A DNA stretch of 64,000 nucleotides from Anthoceros angustus (Eukaryota; Plantae; Anthocerotophyta): contig VJWM01000219.1 in the NCBI GenBank assembly GCA_010909165.1, positions 246,564 to 310,563 of the forward strand, read 5' to 3'. Shown here in pieces: positions 1 through 9,865 of this stretch. A program made the position numbers and the translations under genes. Position 1 is the first letter of the stretch. The number at the start of each line of letters is the position of its first letter. Under the pieces are notes generated by a model. The model saw only the letters and a program-made list of their open reading frames with translations. It searched no databases and was not told where the DNA came from.

Positions 1-3000
1 GCCTTACCTCAGCAGGCGGGTCCAAGCCCAAGGCTGATAAGGCGCTCGCTGCCCGATTCCAGTCCGGGAAGGCGCAAGGGAAGCAAGCAACACCTCCAAG
101 GGTGCTTCGACCTCTGCTACACCTCACGGACGGGCAATCAGAACGGCGCGTGAGGATCGCGGGGCACGGGCGGAATGCCGGAAGAAGAAAGCTGGGGAGC
201 CTCAGAAGCCCGGCCTTCGCCAGACTGCAAATGTGGCCGTCAAGGGCAAGACCGAGGATGGCAAGACGGTGAAGATTCTTACCGTTTGCTTGAGCACCCA
301 GCCACAACAGGATCAGGGGTGGTACCTGGACAGCGGTGCCAACGCCCACATCTGCAACGACGACACCCTCTTCTCCCAGCTGGACCGGCGTCCGACCAGA
401 GAGAGGGTACTCCTCGACGACGAGCAGAACAAGTCAAGCCTGCCATACTCGGCCAAGGGACTTGCGAGCTGCCCCTATCTGATGGAACTACACTAACCCT
501 AGAGCCTGTGCTCTATGTGCCACAGATGGGGAAGAACCTCGTGTCCCTCAGCCAACTGCTGCGGCATAGCCCACTGGAAGTAACCTTTTCCCGTGACTCT
601 TGCTGCTTTTATAGACCAGCCAGTCCTGACTTGTGCCTAATGGGCGCCATCCCCCAAGATGGTCTGTATAGACTTATTCTGAATAGCAAACAAGGACCTC
701 TTGCTTACGTCGCTGGACAGTCACCCGAAGACCTGGCTGCCCTGTGGCATGCCAGGCTGGGCCATATCAACAAGCACAAGCTCATCTCCATGTCCTCACA
801 GGGCCTTTACCAAGAGCCACTCCTTAGATGTTTCCAACACCTCTCAGTCTGTGAATCCTGTGTCATCGCCAAGCAGAAGGAGTCTCCCTTCCCGAAGAGG
901 GCGCATCGGGCCGAGGCCGTACTGGCCTTAGTTCATGCTGACATATCCGGGAAGATTCATACTCCCTCCCTTAGCGGTGCTATATACTATCTCACCCTCA
1001 CAGACGACTTCAGCAGATATTCTTGGACCTTTCCAATGCATCTGAAGAGTGAGACGTTCACATACTTCAAGGAGTGGCTTCCAGTGGCCGAACGCCAGAC
1101 TGGACAGAAGCTGAAGACCCTGCGGAGCGATAACGGCACAGAGTTTGTGAACCATGAGTTTGATGCCTTCCTCCTGGAGCGAGGAATTCAGAGACAACTC
1201 ACGGTACCCTATACTCCACAGCAGAACGGAGTAGCGGAGCGCAAGAATCAGACGCTCCTGTCCATGACCAGGAGCATGCTGCTATGGTCCGGACTTCCAC
1301 AAGGCTTCTGGGCGGAGGCGATTGTGGCGGCCACCTATATTCTGAACCGAGTGATCACAAGCTCAGTTCTTGGCCGCACCCCCTATGAGGTATATTGGCG
1401 ATGCAAGCCCAAGATTCAGACCCACGGTATTCGCCACCTTTGCTCACATCCCCCGAGCGGCGCAAGTTGGATGACAGGGCAAAGAAGCTTATCTTCGTGG
1501 GCTACAGCGAGAGCTCCAAGGCCTATAAGCTCTTCGACCTGGAGACGCACGACATCACCTTGGCGCCAAGACCGCCACCTTCTCGAGCCACCAGGCCAGA
1601 GGGAGATGTGCCGGTCGACAATCCACGGTATCTCAATTCCTAGAGACACCGGGCAAGATACCCCACCAAGACGGTGACCTGTGCCACTTGAGAACCGGAC
1701 GACGGCCCCCCTCGAGGACAACGAGCCTATCGCCCCAAGATACCTCAAGACCACAATGGTACCTATCCCATTGCTCACTGTGATGATGCCGCCGACGACC
1801 ACGGCGGGATCTCGCCATGGAGGAGCCTGCCTCTGCGGAGCCCGTGTTGGCTGACGATGAGCCTATGCCGGCCGCTCCGGCACTCAATCCTGGCCTCGCC
1901 GCAGATCGACCGAGCACCACCGCCTCGGGCGAGCCGCCCCTACCGATCCATTGACTTGATGCCTTGACTCTCTATCCGCGGCCTTATCTCCTGCGGCTCT
2001 TCCAGAGGAACCGACCACTCTTTCCCAAGCCCTTGCAGGACCTGAGTCCTCGCAGTGGCGGATCGCAGTGGAGGATGAGTACCAGAGTTTGCTTCAGAAC
2101 AAAACTTGGGAACTCGTCGACCCGCCCCCTGGAAGGAAGCCCATCTCCTGCAAGTGGACCTTCAAGCTCAAGCTCAACGCCCAAGGACAGGTGGCTCGTT
2201 TTAAGGCCCGGCTGGTGGCTCGTGGATTCTCCCAGGTTGAAGGCCTGGACTATCAAGAGACCTTCTCCCCGGTGGTACGTGCGCAATCCATACGGATTTT
2301 GCTTGCCCTTTGCGGCTGAACTGGATCTGGAGCTCCACCAAATGGACGTCAAGACCGCCTACCTCTACGGCATCTTGGACGAGGAACTCTACATGGATCA
2401 GCCGGAGGGCTACGTCAGCAAGGAGTTTCCCAACAAAGTGCTCCGGTTAAGGAAGTGCATATATGGCCTCAAACAGAGCGGGCGAGTGTGGTATATTACT
2501 ATGCACATCTACCTGCTCAGCATTTCCTTCGTCCAGAGTGCGGCCGACGGCAACGTGTACACGTTGACTCGAGGCCTTCACTTTGTCATCCTTGCCTTGC
2601 ATGTGGACGACCTCATCCTCTCCGCTGACAACCTCGACTTGCTAAGGGAAGTTAAACAGCTCTTAAGCTCCCGTTTTGAGATGAAGGACATTGGGGAGCT
2701 TCAATTTTGTCTTGGAATTCAGATTTTAAGGAACAGAGCCGAAAGGAAACTGGTCATCCATCACTACAAGTACATCAATGAGATACTGCGGAAGTTCAAG
2801 CTGAATCAAGCTGTGCCCACATTACACCCTATGTGGGCACTAAACTCATCAGCAAAGGCCCCTGCATCAAGAAGAGACCAAGGAAATGCATGGGATTCCC
2901 TATCGCCATGCCGTAGGAAGCCTTCTCTTCGTTAGTGGTTGGACAAGGCCTGACATCCATTACTCCGTTTCCACAGTATCTCAATTCCTAGAGACACCGG

Positions 3001-3873
3001 GCAAGGCGCATTGGGCCGCAGTCAAGAGAGTGTTTCGCTATTTGAAGGGCACCCTGACATACGGGCTAATGTACCAGAGTGGAGGAACTGGCAAGCTCCT
3101 CCTCAGTGGCTACACAGACGCCGACTGGGCATCTGACCCAGACTCGAGGAAGAGCTTAAGTGCTCATTGTTTTCTGCTATCCTCAGCTGCTGTGAATTGG
3201 AGTTGTAAGAAGCAGACCTCTATAGCACTCTCTTCTACAGAGGCCGAGTACAAGTCACTCACCGATGCCTCCAAGGAAGCTGAGTGGGAGAGGGCCTTCC
3301 TAGCCGACACTGGCCAGAGACAAGACCAGCCGACATCACTCTACTGTGACAATATGTCGGCCCTGGCCCTGATCTCAAGCCCCAAGTTCCACGCCAGGAC
3401 GAAGCACATAGAGATTCAGCATCACTATATCCGAGATGTGGTTGAGCGCAAGGTGGTGCTAGCCAGCTACGTGCCCACCGAGGACAACTTGGCAAACGTC
3501 CTGACAAAGGGCCTGCCCAAGACCCGGCATTACCAGCACATGCAGAGCATGGGGCTAATCGACTTCGCCCCCTACCTTCCCAACACTTGAAGACCAGAAG
3601 ATGTTTCCCTGACAGAGGGAGTTGTAGCTCAGGTTATGTTACCCTTAAGAGGGAGTGTTAAGACTAGTAAGAGTTACATAACCCTAGCTAATAGTTAGGC
3701 GAGTTAGGCTAACCCGGCCTGTTGTGACCGCACCCTACGAAGGGGTGCCCGGGCCCCTAACCTATGTACTTCTTTATCTTTTCTAATATACGCTTCCGCT
3801 TTTGTCCGCACTTTAGGAAAGTTCACACCTCTCTCTTCTGCCCCTCCTCTTACACTTAGACTTTGTTTTTACA
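1..3873 (+). mobile_element. Ty1/copia LTR retrotransposon (5' part outside window), pol frameshifted
   Basis: Domain order is copia-type: protease GWYLDSGANAHIC (233-496), GAG-pre-integrase LWHARLGHIN and integrase LRSDNGTEF/PQQNGVAER (to ~1400), RT KARLVARGFSQ/QMDVKTAYL/LHVDD (2068-2935), RNase H GYTDADWA/YCDN/KHIEIQHHYIRD (2886-3590). PPT AAGAGGGAG is followed by TGTTA at 3656. Confidence 0.95.
3656..3873 (+). repeat. 3' LTR of copia element 1 (~218 bp)
   Basis: Begins TGTTAAGAC directly after the PPT and ends GTTTTTACA (imperfect terminal inverted repeat). The end is inferred because no 5' LTR is available for comparison. Confidence 0.6.
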
Positions 3874-4330
3874 AGGAGGAGTTTCGTCTCAATCCCCCCT
3901 TCTGGTTTTCTTGCCCTGTTATGCTACCGTAGTTCTTCCCTCTCCTTCAAACTCTGTACACTCATTGGACAATTCCGTATTAGCTCCCACCACCTTCGGA
4001 TCGAAACCGACCGCTGGCTCAAGCCCATACCTCCTCAAGAAGAATGAATTTGCAAGCTTTGGTCCTTGGACACTAAATTTGAATTGCATTTTCTTTTATA
4101 TTGTCTTGCCTATGCATTCTCTACGCACATGGACAGTAAGGTTAAGCACGCATTCCCCATTCACATAGAGACCAGGAACATAAGACTCCTCACCCATGTG
4201 CCGCAACATAATAGGGCCTCCTGTTGCAGATGAGGTGCTTACCCCCTCCTCCCGTGGGCTACCCCTGGCCGCCTGTCCTATGCCCTCGAAAGATGCCACG
4301 TCGCCTCATGTTGCGCCGCTCATGGTTGCC

Positions 4331-6056
4331 TCAGAGGTGGGTTCTCCAAGGTCGGTGGAAATTTCCGCTACCCCGGTAGTAGACTCCACGACAGTCGTTT
4401 GTTCCACAACCATGGTAGGGGTTTTTGCTACCGCGGTCGTCTCTCCCTTCCTTCCGGTAGTGCCTTCCACTACCTCGTGGACCCGCTGCCTTCCCTTCTC
4501 CTTCCTTCCTTCCTTCCTTCCTTGGGTTCCGCTTGTACCGGTCCGCCAACTTCTGGACCTTCTCCACAGAGGCTACCTCTTGCTCTTGGGCCCGCAATAG
4601 TTCTCCCTGCATTTCCTGATTTGCTTCATGGACATCCTTAATCTGGGCCATGAGCCCTTCCTGCTGACTCGTCATGGACTGTAACTCCTTACGAGCCTTG
4701 CGTAAATCCTCCTGAATTTTGATCCTCATCTCCTCCAGTGCCTGCTTGTCTTCCTCCAACTGTTTTCGCCTAGCCTCCTCCTCATCGAATTTGGCCTTCA
4801 CCACTTCCTCTTGTTGCCCTTGCACACTGAGCCAAGTGAGTGCTAACGCAGCCTGGTCCAGCATGTCCGACTGGGCCCGAATCATGGCTGTTGTTAGCTC
4901 CTGCAGATCCACTTGTTGAGGGGGGGCCGTGCCGGACGCCATTCCCCTATCAAGCACCTTTTTTCCCAGCAAGGTGTGTACCCGAACTATCTTCGCCACA
5001 TCGACCTCAGTCGCCAAGGGAGCTCCCTTGAAGATCTCTTCCCACTCTGGTGAGGGTTCCGTTGCTGGGGCCAACCCTAATTCTTCCGGGGCCTGTTCAT
5101 CACCTGCATCCAGGTCAGCAAAATTGTCTTCCCTAGGTCGCGCCTCTTCATCTGACAAATCAATCCGTCGCTTGGCGTTCATCTTCTTCGCTTTTTCCTG
5201 CAGCGCGACCCCCGCCTTCGACCTGGTGACGCGCACGTCCACCTTCCCCTTCTTTGCTGAGCCTCGCCTGACTTCCTCGGCCTTCCTTTTCTTGTCTGTG
5301 GCGACCTCCTTTTCTTCTCCAGAGCTTCCCGTTGCCGCAGACTCCCAGTTGCCAGATCCCTCCTCTATTTCTTCCTTGGGTTCTTCCGCTTTCCACTTCA
5401 CCTCCCTAACTGGCTTCCACATGTGGAGGGAGGCCACAATCTCTATCTCAGGCAAACAGTTAGAGTGTGCATACAGGTGAACCAGGAAGGGCGAAATTAA
5501 GGAGGGGCGAGGGGAAGGGAAGGTCAGGTTCAGCCTCTCCTCACACAGCTTGTCAAAAATAATCCGGCCCCAATATATTCTTGTACCCTTGACAACCTCA
5601 TGGAGAAAAAGCAGCAAATGGTCAGAAAAATAATCCTGCTTCTTGTGCTGCAGGAAACAAAGGAGCCATCGCACGACTATAAGCAAGCAGACCATTTCTC
5701 GGGTAAACCATCCATTGGGTTCCCGAATTATGCCTGCTTTTGACTGTAGCTGGGCCGCTGCTCCTCTTCCGGGAGGGCTCAATTACCAATCCTCCCGCTT
5801 CCTCCTCGCTGGGCCCATACACCTCCCTGGCCAACTCGACATCCCAATCCTGGGGCCTCGCTCTGATTCCTTCCCTTGGTTGCTTAGCCGTCAGCTGGCG
5901 AGCACACTCCTGCACCAAACTTGGGCTCACATAGTTCCATCGTTTCTCCATGAAGCCGAGCCCCAGCTCCCTCACCAATCCTCTAGCTCGGACCCTCCAA
6001 TGGTCCATATTTGGCCTTTGGGCGGTCGAAATTTCCGCTGCGGGCTTGGGCGCCAT
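4331..6056 (-). pseudogene. Frameshifted transposon-associated orphan ORF (~560 aa if joined), C-terminal coiled coil
   Basis: Two overlapping minus-strand ORFs (5622-6056 and 4331-5782) appear to join near 5780. Intronless, lies between two copia elements, has a K/E/Q-rich coiled-coil tail and no RT/IN/protease motifs. Confidence 0.55.
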
Positions 6057-6639
6057 GCTCCTGCAACAACCTTACTGCCCACGGTGCCTCGAACTGATGA
6101 CAGCTCGCCTCAAAATTTCCAACCTGGTCAGTCCCCCAAGGTTCCTACCTCCACAGCCTCGCGAGCTCGTCGCCGCCAGCAGCGCCTTCCTTTTTCAGCC
6201 CCGCGAGCTCTCCGCCGCCACCAGGGAGGGTCCGAAGCTACCTCCCTCCGTCGCTGCGCCTCGCGCCTTCCTGCTGATTGCGGCGCTCCTCCTCGCCTCA
6301 GTATACACCACAGCTCACTCTAGTTGCTTCACGCCCGCCCGCCTCGACGCCGCTTGACGCGCCCATCACGAATGCGCCTCCGGCATTTCCGAGTTTTCTT
6401 AGGTAGGGTTATATCCCCCTGAAGTTCCCCGACCACTAGCTGGCTTCCGCTACCACTTCTCCCTTCCGCGACCGCCCTTCCAGTTCTTCGACCGCCTTCG
6501 GAGCATAGCTCCCACACACCCCAGTCAATGACCACACACCAGTTCCACTACCGCCCCGGTTGGTTCGACCACTAGCCTATGGACTTGATAACCTCTGCCA
6601 AATATGAGGACCCCCTTCCCCCATATATAGACTTTTTAT

Positions 6640-8679
6640 TAGATATTCCGAGACCAAAGGCCAAGGAGTATCGAGTTTATAGTCCAAGGACCAATTATTA
6701 TTTAACCTAGAAAACAACTCAAACCCATAGGCCAAGGACACTTTCTAGTATAAATACCCCTTTCTACTGACAACCTAACTCGCTTAGACACCAAACTTAG
6801 CAGAAAAAAACAAAAAATCACTCAAAGACACAACCCAACAGGGAGTTTCGAAATTCAGATCGTTTACACCTGTCCACAAAAGGAACACTGGAAACAAGCA
6901 ATCATGTCAGAATTACAGTCTTTAAAGGAAAATAAAACTTACTAACTACCTTACCTAAAGATAGAAAACTAGTCGGTTCTAAATGGACTTTTAAAATAAA
7001 ATTAAATGCTGATGGTAGCATAGAAAGATATAAGGCTAGACTAGTGGCAAAGGGACACTCACAGAAATATGGCTTCGACTATGACGAAACTTTCAGCCCC
7101 GTACTTAAAATAACATCAATTAGAATTCTTATGGCCCTAGCTGCCCATCATGACTATGAATTGATGCAGCTAGATGTAAAAACCGCTTTCCTATATGGTG
7201 ACCTTCAACATACCATCTATATGGAGATCCCGGAAGGACTTAAAGTCAACAAAGAATTATACAATGCCTATTTATTATTAAAGGCCGTATAGGGACTCAA
7301 GCAAAGTGCCCTAGAGTGGTATTTTAAGCTACATGGTGCTCTAGTGGAATTAGACTTCACTAGGCTTTCCTTTGATAGTAATATATATATCAAGAAAGTT
7401 AATAACCATTTTCTCATGCTAGCAGTTTACGTAGACGATATTGTCCTCATGTCAAACTCCAAGGCGCTTCTAGAAGACACTTCAAGTTTTAAGGCACAGA
7501 GAAACTTGAAGTATTTTCATCCATCAATCTAAGTACATTCAGGAAATTCTAGTTAAATACAATATGCTAGACTCTAAACCTATCTCCACACCTATGGAAG
7601 CTAACATGAAGCTCAACAAGAGTGAAGACTCATGCTGTAAATCAACCTCCTTAAGCAGCAATGAGCCGCCATATTCCTCAGCTATTGGGAGTTTAATGTA
7701 CATCATGGTCTGCACAAGACTTGACCTCGCATATTCAGTGGGAGCACTATCTCAATTCTTAGCAGCTCCAACGCAAGCCCACTGGAAGGCGGCCAAGCGG
7801 GTATTCAGGTACTTGCGAGGGACCTCCAACACAGGACTATTATATCAATCAACAACCAAGCAAGGTGAGCCCCTGCAACTTGAAGGTTATAGCGACGCCG
7901 ACTGGGTAGGAAACCCCGACGACAGGAAAAGCATAAGCAGCTACGTCTATTTGCTCGGAGGGACAGCTACGAGCTGGAGTAGCAAGAGACAACAGGTGGT
8001 CGTACTCAGCTCAACAGAAGCTGAGTATTGCTCACTTACTTATGCGTGCAAAGACGGGCTTTGGCAACTCTTAGAGATAGCGAAACTTGGAGAAGCTCAG
8101 AAGATACCGAGACCATTATATTGTGATAATCAGAGTGCCATAGCACTCACCTATAACTCGAAGTTTCACGCGAGGACAAAGCATATCGAAGTTCAGTTCC
8201 ATTTTATCAGACAAGTAGTAAGTGACAGCAAGTATATAGTTCTATATCTGCCAACGGAGGAAATGACCACGGATCTGCTCACCAAGGCACTCACCTCTGC
8301 CAAACACTACCAACATATAGCTAGAATGGGACTTAGAAGCCTGGCGCAAGTTATGTCCAGTAACTCAACAAAAACCATGAAACCTAAGGTCTAGGTGTTA
8401 AGTGGGAGTGTTAGAATAATAACATCCTAGCCCTTAGGGCACGTTTCGTGCAACTTACGCTAGATGCCAAAAGGCACTTACGAACAGTTACGCATAAAGC
8501 ATTTCACCTCTATACATAACGTTCAATGCCCAATGCAAACACATTCTGCACATTCACATTTCGTACCCCGAGGGCCCCGATCTTTTGGCAAGTGCCCCGG
8601 GTGGCTAATGGGTCCGACTTAGTAAAATGTTCGCATTCATTTTGTATTTTGTAAGGTGTTGATCAATGTTAATTAAACA
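6640..8679 (+). mobile_element. 5'-truncated Ty1/copia retrotransposon (integrase tail, RT, RNase H, 3' LTR)
   Basis: RT start QKEHWKQAIMSELQSLKENK (~6870), YKARLVAKGHSQ, QLDVKTAFLYG, VYVDDI; RNase H GYSDADW/YCDNQSA/KHIEVQFHFIR (7564-8394); PPT AGTGGGAG then TGTTAG at 8409. AT-richer than element 1, so a different family. Confidence 0.92.
8409..8679 (+). repeat. 3' LTR of copia element 2
   Basis: TGTTAG after the PPT. The putative end ...TTAAACA at 8679 is a guess from TG..CA symmetry. Confidence 0.45.
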
Positions 8680-8854
8680 TGTTTAGCAATAGCTAAGTGG
8701 ATAAGCACAAGTAATATGCTTTAGGATATTCCTTACATATTATGGTGTATTCTTAGGATATTTTTGGCATATGCTGATGCCAATAGGATATCTTAGGAAT
8801 ATGCCGATGCCAAGGGCTAGTATATAAGACCTAGAGGACACCTTAGATCATATA

Positions 8855-9351
8855 GTGAGCCCCCCTAATTGGGAACTCTATCAATGAGATTCCTCTTTAA
8901 ATGGGATCTCCCATCCTACTCCCTTTAGTTTATAGTGTAAAAAATGGGATTTTTTCCTAAAAAATAATTGGGACCTTTTGACACATACATTCATATTAGT
9001 TTCACTCCCTAAATAGGATTTTTTTATTAAAAAACTTTTTAAAAAAGAAAAAAAGAATCGATTATTTCAGTGCACAATAGACTTTTAGGTGTTATTGAAG
9101 ACTCCTAAGCTAAGCTTTTTCTTTTATGATAGGTAGAGGTATTTTAGTGGTGCTTAGAGAGAGTGCTAGCTTTCAAGAAACTATGTAGAAAAGTGGTAAA
9201 AATTATTTTTAGTGCCTATCAAATCAAATTTGATTTTTTGAGTATTTTCTTAAATTATAATATTTTTCTTATTTTTTAAATGCGAAAAAATAGTCGGGAC
9301 ACCTCCCTTAATGGGACCTCTAAAGGCCTCCGAACCAGTTCCAATTAGGGG
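8855..9351. mobile_element. MITE-like non-autonomous DNA element
   Basis: CCCCTAATTGGGAACT (8862-8877) and AGTTCCAATTAGGGG (9337-9351) form an inverted pair around ~460 bp of AT-rich non-coding DNA. No clean TSD seen. Confidence 0.5.
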
Positions 9352-9865
9352 ATATGGATTGTAATTTTTCCTCTAGATAAATAAAGAGTATTGTGAAGAG
9401 GCTAAAGCTGTAACTCCCAGAGCAATGTGTAAGAAATTTGCGTGTTCTTCTTATAGATAGAGTGTGTCTGTGCCGAAGTACTTATATCAGTGCAAGCGCT
9501 TACCTCGTGTGACGTATTAGAATTAGAATTATTTATCTTTCACCTTGCAAATGTTCCACAGAATTGACTTATCCTTGGAATCCCGTGACTTATCCCCTGG
9601 AATCCGTGTTAGCATCAAAACGACTGACCTTCTGGCCCTCCTCACACACCTTGATGTTCGCAGAGCCCGTGCTGGACAGCTAAGCCTCGAAGCTCTCGAA
9701 GCGCCACTTCGCTCCGTCGTCGATCCTGGGAACAAACCGCCACAGCTAGGTTTTCCGCAGAGACACGAGACATAATCAGCTTCCGCATCATCGAGCGATG
9801 GGGCCCGGTCAGTCGAGTACGGAAGCAGCAGTTGTCGGAGTTCTTTAGTGCCATGAATTTGAGTT

